NCBI GenBank assembly: GCA_044868695.1
Contig: JBIOWP010000063.1
Span: 1 to 32,019 of the forward strand
Reading direction: 5' to 3'
DNA from: a bacterium
GTDB taxonomy: Bacteria; Sysuimicrobiota; Sysuimicrobiia; Sysuimicrobiales; Kaftiobacteriaceae
DNA length: 32,019 nucleotides
Both the position numbers and the translations under genes were made by a program. The notes beneath the pieces were generated by a model. The model searched no databases. It was not told the origin of the DNA and worked only from the letters and a program-made list of their open reading frames with translations. Shown piece after piece: positions 1 to 8,864 of the stretch (within the stretch, counting starts at the first letter, position 1; every line of letters begins with the position of its first letter).

Positions 1-171
1 CACAGGAATGACGAACCCCAGATCGTGCCCAGCAGCCAGAATGCGCCCCACTCTCGTGCACGCATACCGGCAGCATTATCCCAGAGCGCCACAGACCGGG
101 AAAGTGTCAAATGTCACAGTGGAATAGGCCCCGCCGCGGCGGCGTTGGCAAGAGAAAGCCCCGGAGGTGAC

Positions 172-1152
172 ATGTTCGTGCAGACTGCGCAGACCGACGT
201 GTTGGATGCGTATTCTCAGGCCGTCATTCAGGCGGTGGAAACCGTGGGGCCGTCCGTCGTCAGCGTGGGCATGGCCCGCCGCGCCCCCGAACCGTGGCGC
301 CGGCGTGGCATGCCGGAGATGCGGGGGGCAGGCAGCGGGGTCATCATCACCCCTGACGGCTACATCCTGACCAACAGCCACGTGGTGAGCGAGGCCGACC
401 GCATCGAGATCCGCCTGCAGGACGGCCGCGAGCTCATCGCGACACCGGTGGGCAACGACCCGCACAGCGATCTCGCCGTGGTCCGCGTGCAGGAGACCGG
501 GCTGCCGAACGCTGAGCTGGGCGATTCCGCCGCGCTGCGCGTCGGCCAGCTCGTGATCGCCATCGGCAACCCGCTGGGATTCCAGGCAACCGTCACCACC
601 GGCGTGGTCAGCGCCCTTGGCCGCTCGCTGCGCGCGCAGACCGGCCGGCTCATCGAGAACGTCGTGCAGACCGACGCCGCGCTCAACCCAGGCAACTCGG
701 GCGGTCCGCTCGTCGACTTCCGCGGGCAGGTCGTGGGCATCAATACCGCGGTCATCATGGGCTCGCAGGGGATCTGCTTTGCGATTCCGTCGAACACCGC
801 GCGATGGGTGACTGGCCAGCTGATTCGCGAGAGCCGGGTGCGCCGGGCCTATCTCGGGGTCTCAGGCCAGACGATCCGGCTGGAACGGCGCGACGTGCTC
901 GAATATGCGCTCGCGGCGCCGACGGCGGTACGCGTGATGGAGGTGCAGCCCGCTACCGCGGCCGCCGATGCCGGCGTGGCGCCGGGTGATGTGATCGTTA
1001 AAGCCGGCGACCTCACCATCGCGTCGGCCGACGACCTGCAGCGCGCGCTGGGACGTCATCCGATCGGGGAACCGCTGGCCGTGGACATCCTGCGGGCCGG
1101 CCGCCGCCTGACGCTGGTGACCCGGCCGACGGAACTGCCGGACGGCGACTGA
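172..1152 (+). CDS. HtrA/DegP-family (S1C) trypsin-like serine protease with C-terminal PDZ domain
   Basis: Catalytic triad motifs GSGVII..TNSHV (His), SDLAV (Asp), GNSGGPL (Ser); PDZ-like C-terminus (AYLGV...GDVIV). Start moved to ATG 172 because GGAGG lies just upstream. No signal peptide or TM helix is visible. Confidence 0.93.
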   Translation: MFVQTAQTDVLDAYSQAVIQAVETVGPSVVSVGMARRAPEPWRRRGMPEMRGAGSGVIITPDGYILTNSHVVSEADRIEIRLQDGRELIATPVGNDPHSDLAVVRVQETGLPNAELGDSAALRVGQLVIAIGNPLGFQATVTTGVVSALGRSLRAQTGRLIENVVQTDAALNPGNSGGPLVDFRGQVVGINTAVIMGSQGICFAIPSNTARWVTGQLIRESRVRRAYLGVSGQTIRLERRDVLEYALAAPTAVRVMEVQPATAAADAGVAPGDVIVKAGDLTIASADDLQRALGRHPIGEPLAVDILRAGRRLTLVTRPTELPDGD

Positions 1153-1159
1153 CGGAAGG

Positions 1160-2887
1160 CTATGACGGCGTCGTTCCGCGCACGAGAGACCGCACCGCAG
1201 ACGCAGAATCGAGCTGCAGCGCCTGAGAGGCCAGCTGCTGCGCGCCCGCCAGTGACCAGCGGCGGATGGCGGCTTTGGCCGGCGGAATGGCCTGAGGCAC
1301 CATGCTGAACTCGTCCAGGCGCAAGCCCAGCAGCAGCGGGACCGCCTCCGGATCGCCCGCCATCTCGCCGCAGACTCCCACCCACCGGCCGGCCTTGTGC
1401 GCAGCGTCGATGACCGATTTGATCTGACGCAGCACCGCCGGATGGCATGCGTCACCCAGGGACGCGACGCGCTCGTTTGACCGGTCCGCGGCCAGGGTGT
1501 ACTGCGTCAGGTCGTTGGTGCCGATGGAAAAGAAGTCCACTTCGCGCGCGAACACGTCCGCCAGGATGACCGCGGACGGGATCTCCACCATCATGCCGAC
1601 CTGAATGCGTTTCGCGACGGCATGCCCGGCGGCGGCGACGTCTCCCCGGGCCGTCTCGAGGGCGGCCTTCGCCGCGCGCAGCTCGTCGGGGGTCGCGATG
1701 AACGGGAACATGATGCGCAGGTCGCGCCCGGGGCTGGCCCGCAGCAGCGCGCGCAGCTGCACCGAAAAGAGCTCCGGTCGCTGCAGGCTGATGCGGATCG
1801 CGCGCCAGCCCAGAAACGGGTTGGGCTCTTTGGGCAGGTCGAGATAGGGGACGGGTTTGTCGCCGCCCATGTCCAGCGTGCGCGCGATGACGGGTTTGGT
1901 ACCCATTTTCTCGAGGATGGCGCGGTAGGCGGCCGTCTGCTCGTCCTCCTGGGGCGCCGCGTGCCGGTTCAAGTACAGGAACTCCGTCCGCAGCAGCCCC
2001 ACGCCCTCCGCGCCGAACTCCAGGGCCGCGGCCGCCTCCTCGACCGCCCCGATGTTAGCCACCACTTCCACGCGCCGTCCGTCGAGCGTCACCGCGGGTT
2101 CGTGCGCGGCGCTGCGCTCTGCGGTCGCCCGCTGTTCGGTCAGCGTACGCCGTTTTGCGAACGCCCAGGCGGTCGGCTCATCTGGATCGATAATCACCTC
2201 GCCGCGAGTACCATCGACCAGCAGCTGCGTGCCGCTGCGGATCTCGAGTACCGCTGCTTTCAGCCCGACCACGGCCGGCTTCCCCCAGGCTTTCGCAATA
2301 ATCGCCGTATGTGACGTGGGCCCCCCCTCAGCCGTGCAGATGGCCAGCACTCTCGCGACGGGCAGGGCCGCGACCTGCGACGGGGCGAGGTCCCTGGCCA
2401 CGACGATCGAGGATTCGCGCAGATCCAGCCCCGCGATCGGACGCCCGAGGAGGTGTTCCAGGACGCGGCTGCCCACGTCCCGCACGTCGGCGGCGCGGGC
2501 GCGCAGGGTCAGGTCGGGGAGCTGCTGGAGCTGCGAGGAGAAATGCTCGATGGCGTCCATCCACGCCGCTTCGGCGTTCGTTCCAGCATCGATCGCTGCC
2601 TGTGCCTTCGCCAGCAGCGAGGCGTCGTCCAGGAACAGCAGGTGCGCGTCGAAGATCGCTGCTTCCGCGGGCCCGGCTTCGGCTGCGACCTTGGTCTTGA
2701 GCTTTTGGATCTCTTCGCGCGCGGCCTTCCGGGCCGAGGCCAGGCGGGACCCTTCAACGTCAGGTTTGCGTCCGGTGCCCCGCGGGACCGTCAGGGCGTA
2801 ATCAGGCCACACCGCGGCCGGGCCGGAGGCCAGCCCCGGGGCGGCGGGGATGCCGGTGAGCATGCGCGGGCGATTCCGTGAATCCAT
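1160..2887 (-). CDS. ptsI: Phosphoenolpyruvate-protein phosphotransferase (PTS Enzyme I)
   Basis: TSHTAI phospho-His motif, GVGLLRTEFLY, RTLDMGGDK, NPFLGWRAIR, FFSIGTNDLTQY, VGVCGE; 575 aa. Confidence 0.97.
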   Translation of the reverse strand: MDSRNRPRMLTGIPAAPGLASGPAAVWPDYALTVPRGTGRKPDVEGSRLASARKAAREEIQKLKTKVAAEAGPAEAAIFDAHLLFLDDASLLAKAQAAIDAGTNAEAAWMDAIEHFSSQLQQLPDLTLRARAADVRDVGSRVLEHLLGRPIAGLDLRESSIVVARDLAPSQVAALPVARVLAICTAEGGPTSHTAIIAKAWGKPAVVGLKAAVLEIRSGTQLLVDGTRGEVIIDPDEPTAWAFAKRRTLTEQRATAERSAAHEPAVTLDGRRVEVVANIGAVEEAAAALEFGAEGVGLLRTEFLYLNRHAAPQEDEQTAAYRAILEKMGTKPVIARTLDMGGDKPVPYLDLPKEPNPFLGWRAIRISLQRPELFSVQLRALLRASPGRDLRIMFPFIATPDELRAAKAALETARGDVAAAGHAVAKRIQVGMMVEIPSAVILADVFAREVDFFSIGTNDLTQYTLAADRSNERVASLGDACHPAVLRQIKSVIDAAHKAGRWVGVCGEMAGDPEAVPLLLGLRLDEFSMVPQAIPPAKAAIRRWSLAGAQQLASQALQLDSASAVRSLVRGTTPS

Positions 2888-2901
2888 GTGCGCTTCGAAA
2901 T

Positions 2902-2939
2902 GCCGCGGCGCCGGCAGCGCGCGCCGCCGACGCCGCGGC
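2902..2939 (-). other. GC-rich intergenic hairpin between PTS IIC and EI
   Basis: GCCGCGGCG (2902-2910) pairs with CGCCGCGGC (2931-2939), and the inner stem extends with G-U pairs on the minus strand. There is no U-tract. Confidence 0.5.
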
Positions 2940-2953
2940 GGAAGCTCTCGTGT

Positions 2954-4420
2954 CTACTTTCTGCCCGCCCTTGCAACCGCCTTTCCGGGCGTCCAGCCTT
3001 TGTCCACGTAGTTCGTCTGGAACCAGCTGGCGGCCACAATCAGGACGAGCGCCACCAGCAGCACGCCCACCGCCCCGGCGGATCCACGCAGCTGGGCGAT
3101 GTTGCCGACCACGATGCCGTACCATCCAAAGTCGGCGTCGCCGAACGTCGTGTTGGCGAAGCCCAACGCGCCCAGCACCTTGAGCAGGAAGGCCGGCAGG
3201 AATGTGATCAAAATGCCGTTGGCCAGGCCGCCCCAGGCCGCGCCCCAGCGGCCGCCCGTGGCGTTGCCGAAGACGCCGGCGGTGCCGCCGGTGAAGAAGT
3301 GCGGCACCATCCCCGGCAGGATCAGCGCCAGCACCCAGGCTTTGCCGAGCCCCCAACCGATGAGCAACAGACTCACCAGTCCGCCCAGCACGCTGGTCAG
3401 GAATCCGATCAGCACGGCGTTGGGTGCATACGGAAACGCCACCGGACAATCCAGCGCAGGCAGGGCGCCGGGCACGACCTTTTCAGCAATTCCGGCGAAG
3501 GCCGGGACGATCTCGCCGATGATGGTGCGCACGCCCAGCAGAATGACCGCGACGCCGACGCCGAAGTTCAACGCGTTGAGGAGTTGCGCCATCAAGTACG
3601 ATCCCCAGCTGGTGCCCGCCGGCAGCCCGAGGGTCTTCACGGCGCCGGCCAGCCCTACGCCGCCCTTCGCCGCGTACCAGATGGCGAAGAGCAGGTAGAT
3701 CACCAGCATCGCTACCGCGGTCCCGACCATCGGTTCCCGGAGGAAGCGCAGCCCGGCCGGGAATTCCATCTCCTCGGTGCTCTTGCCTTTCTTGCCGGTG
3801 ACGCGGGTGACAAGCTGTCCGGCGATCCCGCCCGCGATGTACCCCAGTGAGCCGAAGTGGCCCATGGCCACCTTCTCGCCGCCGGTGACTAGCTTCATCC
3901 ATGGATGCGCGAACGCCGGCATGATGACCATGATGGTACCGAGCAGCGCAGCGCCGACGATGACCGCCCAGGCGCCGCCCATGCCGACGGTGACGAGGAT
4001 CACGGCCAGCATCGTGGCCATGTAGAAGATGTGGTGGCCGGTGAGGAAGACGTAGCGAAGGTTGGTGAGGCGTGCGATCACCAGGCTGGCCAGGAAGCCC
4101 ACGAACATCAGCCAGGCCGTGAGGGCGCCGTACCGCGACTGCGCCAGGGCCACGATCGCCTCATTGGTCGGCACCACCCCCCGAGCCCCGGTCGCGCCGA
4201 GCAGGAGCCTGCCCAGCGGATCGAGGGCGTTGATGACGGTGACGGCGCCGACGACGAGGATCAGGAACCCCATCGTGGCCTTGATCGTGCCCCCGATCAC
4301 CTGGCTCGTGGGCCGTCCCATCGCGATGAGGCCGATCGCCGTCATGAGGCCGACAAGGTAGAAGGGCTTGCTGAAGATCTCGTCGACGAGGAATTTGACG
4401 ATTGCGAGTAAGAAGTCCAT
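2954..4420 (-). CDS. ulaA: PTS ascorbate-family (Asc/UlaA/SgaT) EIIC permease
   Basis: Hydrophobic 488 aa protein with the UlaA motifs FLTGHH, MGHFGS, GEIVPAFAGIAEKVVPGALPALDCP..FPYAPNAVLIGF, HFFTGGTAGVFGNATGG and FGDADF; strong SD GGAGGAGG. Confidence 0.9.
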   Translation of the reverse strand: MDFLLAIVKFLVDEIFSKPFYLVGLMTAIGLIAMGRPTSQVIGGTIKATMGFLILVVGAVTVINALDPLGRLLLGATGARGVVPTNEAIVALAQSRYGALTAWLMFVGFLASLVIARLTNLRYVFLTGHHIFYMATMLAVILVTVGMGGAWAVIVGAALLGTIMVIMPAFAHPWMKLVTGGEKVAMGHFGSLGYIAGGIAGQLVTRVTGKKGKSTEEMEFPAGLRFLREPMVGTAVAMLVIYLLFAIWYAAKGGVGLAGAVKTLGLPAGTSWGSYLMAQLLNALNFGVGVAVILLGVRTIIGEIVPAFAGIAEKVVPGALPALDCPVAFPYAPNAVLIGFLTSVLGGLVSLLLIGWGLGKAWVLALILPGMVPHFFTGGTAGVFGNATGGRWGAAWGGLANGILITFLPAFLLKVLGALGFANTTFGDADFGWYGIVVGNIAQLRGSAGAVGVLLVALVLIVAASWFQTNYVDKGWTPGKAVARAGRK

Positions 4421-4460
4421 CTGCGTATTCCCTCCTCCTCGAGTGCGCGTAACCGCGCCG

Positions 4461-4739
4461 CTAGGATGTTCTGAGCGCGGCCCGCAGTTTCTCTACCATC
4501 TCCTTCAGGTCCACGAAGTTGCTAATCGTGACGACCCGTGGTTTGACCTTGCCCAGCTGTTCTGCCAGCTCATTGGAGGTGAGGATGAGATCGGCGGTTG
4601 GGGCCAGTGCCCGCGCGGTCCCGATGTCGGCGACCTCCAGGTCGGCCTCCACGCCCAGCTGGCGCAGGGCCTTTTCCGCCTGCATGCGCAGCAGCAGCCC
4701 GCTGCCCAGCCCCATCCCGCACACCGCAAGAATCTTCAT
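4461..4739 (-). CDS. PTS EIIB component (Lac/Gat/Asc-type)
   Basis: MKILAVCGMGLGSG phospho-Cys loop; start ATG 4739 overlaps the IIA stop (ATGA); 92 aa. Confidence 0.92.
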   Translation of the reverse strand: MKILAVCGMGLGSGLLLRMQAEKALRQLGVEADLEVADIGTARALAPTADLILTSNELAEQLGKVKPRVVTISNFVDLKEMVEKLRAALRTS

Positions 4740-5239
4740 GACGGCCCCGAAGCCAGTTCGTAGTCCCGTATCGCCTTCAGCACCTCCTCGGCCGTCCGCG
4801 CGGCGAGCAGCGCCGTGCGCCGGCGTTCGTCCTCGAGCAGACCGGCGAGCGTCGCCAGCGCCTGCACGTGGGAGTGTTCGTCCGGCGCGGCCAGCCCGAC
4901 GACCAGAATGACCGGATCGTTGTCCTTGTGGCCGAAACGCACCGGAGCGGCCAGCGTCACCCACGAGAGTCCGGCCCGCAGCACCGCCGGTGAGGGTCGC
5001 GCGTGGGCCAGGGCGATGCCGGGCGCGATGACGATGTAAGGCCCCAGCTGCTCGACGGTGGCGATCATCTCGTCGGTGTATGCCGGGGTGGTGATGCCGG
5101 CGGCCACCAATGCGTCGCCGCCGGCGCGCACGGCGGCGCGCCAGTCAGCGGCAGTGACGTGAATTCGAATCGCGGCGGGGGGAAGAAGTGCCGAGAGAAG
5201 GGGCCTGGCCTGCTCGGTGGATGCGGGCGTGCGTTTCAC
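4736..5239 (-). CDS. PTS EIIA component (Fru/Mtl/Asc-type)
   Basis: DWRAAVRAGG..L, GPYIVIAPGIALAHARP (phospho-His), PVRFGHKDNDPV. The start is uncertain (GTG 5239 or ATG 5290). Confidence 0.9.
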   Translation of the reverse strand: MKRTPASTEQARPLLSALLPPAAIRIHVTAADWRAAVRAGGDALVAAGITTPAYTDEMIATVEQLGPYIVIAPGIALAHARPSPAVLRAGLSWVTLAAPVRFGHKDNDPVILVVGLAAPDEHSHVQALATLAGLLEDERRRTALLAARTAEEVLKAIRDYELASGPS

Positions 5240-5307
5240 CTCATGGGGTGCGTTGTCCACCACCTGCGGAGTTTCGCACCGGACGAACATTATCCTGCAG
5301 TTACTGC

Positions 5308-5335
5308 TCCCTAATCCCTACTCCCTAATCCCGCC
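5308..5335. repeat. TCCCTA(A/C) heptamer tandem array
   Basis: TCCCTAA TCCCTAC TCCCTAA TCCCGCC in the HPr-IIA spacer. Confidence 0.8.
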
Positions 5336-5341
5336 TTGTCG

Positions 5342-5620
5342 TCAAAGTTTCCCCGCAAAGTCGGTCGTGATCAGCCGTTCCAGCGCCGCGGCCGCTTCCT
5401 CCTCGTCCGCGCCCTCGGCCGTGATCTCGATCTCGTGGTTCTGCTCCACGCCCAGCGTCAAGACTCCGAGGATGCTCTTCGCATCCACCCAATCCGTGTT
5501 GGTCGTAGCGTTGCGGACCTGGATCCTTGATGTGAACTTGACGGTCTCGTTCACGAACACCGCCGCCGGCCGGGCGTGCAGCCCAACCGCGCCGACCACC
5601 GTCAGCCGGTGGTGCTTCAC
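5342..5620 (-). CDS. ptsH: Phosphocarrier protein HPr
   Basis: GLHARPAA (His15 motif) and DAKSILGVL (Ser46 motif), ITAEGADE; GTG start at 5620 overlaps the Gfo stop (GTGA); 92 aa. Confidence 0.95.
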   Translation of the reverse strand: MKHHRLTVVGAVGLHARPAAVFVNETVKFTSRIQVRNATTNTDWVDAKSILGVLTLGVEQNHEIEITAEGADEEEAAAALERLITTDFAGKL

Positions 5621-6762
5621 GCCATCCTTCCGTCGACGTCCCGCACGTCGACCCAGGCCTGCGCGGCGGACGACCGTTCGGCCGCGTCGACGACCGCCTG
5701 CGCCCGCAGGCCGTCCCTGAAGTCCGGCTCGACCATCCGGGAGGCGAGGACGGCCCGCGCAAACCGTTCGATCTGCCGCCGTCCCAGCTCGCGGGTGATG
5801 ACCCACTCATCGTCGGAGTTGGGAAGCGCGTCGGGGGTCGGCACGTGCTGTGTTGCCTGCCCGGGCCGCCGGATTTCCAGGGAACTGTGCGCGTGGAGAT
5901 CGTAGATGATCGCTCCGCGCTCGCCGTACAGCTCGATGCCCAGGTGCATGGTGGGGAAGGGCGGCCGTCCCGCCGCCACCGCGATGCGGCTCAGGCGGAC
6001 CGTGCCGCGCGCGCCTGAGGCGAACTCCATCAGAAGCTGGCTGTCGTCGGTCACCGGCTCCTGTCCCGGCACGTCGGGCTTGGGGGCGAAGGAGGTCATA
6101 CCGGCGCAGACCCGGGCGATGCGCCGGCCCGTGATCCACGCCAGCAGATCGAAGACGTGCACGCCGAGGTCGCCTAGGATGCCCGATCCGGCCCGCCGCC
6201 GGTCGAATCGCCACGGCCTGCTGGGATCCGGGGTCAGCCACCTTCCCTGCAGATAATGCGAACCGACGTGGAAGATCCGGCCGATCTCTCCCGCGGTCAC
6301 CATCGCACGCGCCAGCCCCGCGGCCGGCACGTTGCGCCACGTAAATGCCGTCATGTTGGGGACGTCTGCCCGTTCGGCCGCCTCGGTCATCTCCTCCGCG
6401 TCGGAGAGCGTCACCGCAAGCGGCTTCTCGCACATGACCGGCTTGCCTGCCCGCGCCGCGGCGATCGCCGGCTGCGCGTGCGCGTCGTTGGGCGCGGCGA
6501 TGAGGACCGCGTCGACCTGCGGGCTGGCGATGACCTCGCTGGGATCGGCGGTGGCCAGCGGAGCGCCGTGTTGCGCGGCCACCTCCCGCGCGCGGTTCAG
6601 ATCAGGCCCGCACACCGCGGCCAGTACGGCCGACTGCGACATCGCGATGCAGGGGATTTGCACCCGCTGCGCCCACGACCCGTACCCGATGAGCCCAATG
6701 CGGACCTTTGTCCCGGGTCCCTGGTCCCCGGTCCCTGGTCCCGCAGTTGTCTTTTGCGTCAT
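5617..6762 (-). CDS. Gfo/Idh/MocA-family NAD(P)-dependent oxidoreductase
   Basis: RIGLIGYG Rossmann motif, CEKP motif, GSGILGDLGVHVFD. Confidence 0.92.
   Translation of the reverse strand: MTQKTTAGPGTGDQGPGTKVRIGLIGYGSWAQRVQIPCIAMSQSAVLAAVCGPDLNRAREVAAQHGAPLATADPSEVIASPQVDAVLIAAPNDAHAQPAIAAARAGKPVMCEKPLAVTLSDAEEMTEAAERADVPNMTAFTWRNVPAAGLARAMVTAGEIGRIFHVGSHYLQGRWLTPDPSRPWRFDRRRAGSGILGDLGVHVFDLLAWITGRRIARVCAGMTSFAPKPDVPGQEPVTDDSQLLMEFASGARGTVRLSRIAVAAGRPPFPTMHLGIELYGERGAIIYDLHAHSSLEIRRPGQATQHVPTPDALPNSDDEWVITRELGRRQIERFARAVLASRMVEPDFRDGLRAQAVVDAAERSSAAQAWVDVRDVDGRMA
6711..6745. repeat. TCCC(T/C/G)GG heptamer tandem array inside the 5' end of the Gfo gene
   Basis: TCCCGGG TCCCTGG TCCCCGG TCCCTGG TCCCGCA; near-identical to 18435-18462; encodes AGPGTGDQGPGT. 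Confidence 0.8.
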
Positions 6763-7724
6763 TCCGCGGCGCCGATGCCGATCAGTGGATCTCCCTTCTT
6801 GACCGCTAGTGCCGTGACCAGGAACAGCACCGGGCCGCCGGCAGGGGCGCGCAGCGTCTGGATCGTCTCGCCAAAGATGTCGCAGATCTCCCCGATCACC
6901 TGGCCCTGCTGCACGATCTCGCCTGCGGACACCCTTGGGTAGTAGGTCCCCTCGGCCTCAGCGTACATCCAGGCGAAGCGCGTCAACGGCGTCGCCCTGC
7001 GCGTACGGGCCGGTTTGCCGTCCAGCATCGCGAGCTGCAGCAAGACGTTGCGCAGGCCTTTCACGTGGCGCTCGACCGATGCGGGCTCATAGATGCCCTG
7101 CTGGCCGGCCTCCGCGATGATGGCAGGGACGCCAAGCTTGGCGGCCGCGGTGTACGACGTTGCGCGGATCGCGTCGGCGGGAGCCGCGAGCACGTAGTCC
7201 AGCCCGTACACGTCGGCCAGCGCCTGCGACTTCGTGTCGAGCGCGTCATCGCCGGTCCGCTGGTAGATGGCAAACGGCACCAGCGCCTCGATCATGTCCC
7301 CGCCGTGCAGGTCTATGTACGCGTCGGATCCGGCGATGAGCTCGGTGGTCAGGAAGTGCGTGACGCGTTGCGCCTCGGACCCAGCAGGATCGCCGGGGAA
7401 CGTCCGATTGATATTCTTGCCGTCGCGGGGGTTCGTGTACATGCTGCGTTCGTAGAACCCGGGGCTGTTGACCAGGAGGACGATGATCAGCGTGCCGCGC
7501 AGCTCCTCCGGCTCAATCTCTCGCGCCAGGCGGGCGGCCGACGCTATCCCGACGTACTCGGCGGCGTGGATACCGGCAGAGACTGCCAGAGTCGGCCCGG
7601 GCCGCCGGCCCCGGATCACCGCCGCCGGCATCTCCCATGGCGGCTCGATCCCCGGCACGCGCACCCAGCCCTGGGCGCGCCGGCCCGGTTCGGCTGTGAG
7701 CGATCCAACCTGCGTACGGCTCAT
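6759..7724 (-). CDS. Succinylglutamate desuccinylase/aspartoacylase family (M14-like) Zn deacylase
   Basis: AGIHAAEY, NINRTFPG, IDLHGG, IAEAG; C-terminal biotinyl-like hybrid domain. Confidence 0.9.
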   Translation of the reverse strand: MSRTQVGSLTAEPGRRAQGWVRVPGIEPPWEMPAAVIRGRRPGPTLAVSAGIHAAEYVGIASAARLAREIEPEELRGTLIIVLLVNSPGFYERSMYTNPRDGKNINRTFPGDPAGSEAQRVTHFLTTELIAGSDAYIDLHGGDMIEALVPFAIYQRTGDDALDTKSQALADVYGLDYVLAAPADAIRATSYTAAAKLGVPAIIAEAGQQGIYEPASVERHVKGLRNVLLQLAMLDGKPARTRRATPLTRFAWMYAEAEGTYYPRVSAGEIVQQGQVIGEICDIFGETIQTLRAPAGGPVLFLVTALAVKKGDPLIGIGAAE

Positions 7725-7738
7725 GTCACGCCACCTTA

Positions 7739-7773
7739 GTCATCGCGAGGCCCGAAGGGCCGTGGCGATCTCC
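7739..7773 (+). repeat. REP-like palindromic repeat, copy 1
   Basis: GTCATCGCGAGGCCC-GAA-GGGCCGTGGCGATCTCC; same family as the copies at 22398, 22836, 23080 and 26483. Confidence 0.85.
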
Positions 7774-7787
7774 TTGACAGATGATCC

Positions 7788-8864
7788 TCACAGGGTTCGC
7801 TGCGACAGTCTGGCTTCGTCGGGATAGACCCGGCTGTTGAGGGCAATCAATTCCCCCAGGTTGTCCCAGCGCATTGCCCGGCGGCCTTCTTCGAGATCGT
7901 GAATCAGTTCTACCAGCCGCGCGTTGAGGGGCACGTCAATACTGCGAGCGCGCGCGGTTTCCACGACGGCGCCGACCTGCTGGTCGACCTCCGTCTTGCG
8001 CTTCCGCACGGCCAGGTCCCGCCACACGCCGCTTTTCTGCTTCAGCGACTTCCTGTTGAACGCGGCCAGGTGGTCGAGGCTGGCGGTGATCGCATGCCAC
8101 TCCCTGCGTGGCCTGAAGGCAAACGCCCCGGGCTCGTATCCGTCGAACCCTTCGCACCGCACGCCTTCCGCCTCGGCGACCAGGATGACCTCCGCCGCCA
8201 GGTTCGCCAGGACCGGCCGGCTCGGTGCGTGGTGGAGGACGTCGGCGATGGACGCGTCCACGAGCGCGGTCGCAAACAGCATCGACCCATACCCGAGCTT
8301 GCCCCACAGATAGCCCCAGATGTTGGCGGTGGCCTGCGTGTTCGAGAGGAAGCTGGAACGGAAGACCTGTTCCAGTTGTGTGAGCCGTGGGGAGACCGTC
8401 CCGTCGAGTTCGCCCAGAAAGAGCGCTCCAGAGCCGCCGTACATGACCCGGCCCGGCGCCAGGTAATCTGCGCCAAAGTTGACAAAGGCGCCGATGGTAC
8501 GCTTGGCCCCCACTCGTGCTGCGATGACTTTCTCATTGAGCCCGTTCTGCAGCGATACCACGAAGGTGTTCGGACCGAGCAGGGGAGCCAGGGCATCGAC
8601 CGCGCCGGCAGTATGCATCGCCTTTACGCACAACAGCGCCGCTTCGGGAATGCGCCCCCGCACGGCTGCGGGCAGCGCGTCGGGCGTCACCGCTTCCGCG
8701 CGGACCGTGAACGTCTCCCGGCCCTCGATCGTGAGCCCGGTCTCGTTGATCGCATCCACATGGGCGCGTTCCTGATCCACGAACAGCACCTCATGCCCCC
8801 CGCGGACCAGGTGCGCCCCGAGCGTCCCTCCGATCGCTCCCGCGCCGATAATGGTAAAGTGCAT
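7788..8864 (-). CDS. Ketopantoate reductase (ApbA/PanE)-like 2-oxoacid reductase
   Basis: IIGAGAIG, LCVKA, SLQNG, WGKL (catalytic Lys), SGVWRDL..RKTEVD. Confidence 0.87.
   Translation of the reverse strand: MHFTIIGAGAIGGTLGAHLVRGGHEVLFVDQERAHVDAINETGLTIEGRETFTVRAEAVTPDALPAAVRGRIPEAALLCVKAMHTAGAVDALAPLLGPNTFVVSLQNGLNEKVIAARVGAKRTIGAFVNFGADYLAPGRVMYGGSGALFLGELDGTVSPRLTQLEQVFRSSFLSNTQATANIWGYLWGKLGYGSMLFATALVDASIADVLHHAPSRPVLANLAAEVILVAEAEGVRCEGFDGYEPGAFAFRPRREWHAITASLDHLAAFNRKSLKQKSGVWRDLAVRKRKTEVDQQVGAVVETARARSIDVPLNARLVELIHDLEEGRRAMRWDNLGELIALNSRVYPDEARLSQRTL

Noticed and set aside
1..13. GGAATGACG as the tail of another palindromic repeat (reverse complement CGTCATTCC)
   Set aside because: It is truncated by the window edge and cannot be verified.
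104..119. TGTCA direct repeat upstream of htrA as a regulator box
   Set aside because: It is too short and the spacing does not match a box I can name.
5240..5307. Possible riboswitch upstream of PTS IIA
   Set aside because: No conserved aptamer motif is recognisable, and the region may simply be the IIA N-terminus or an internal promoter.
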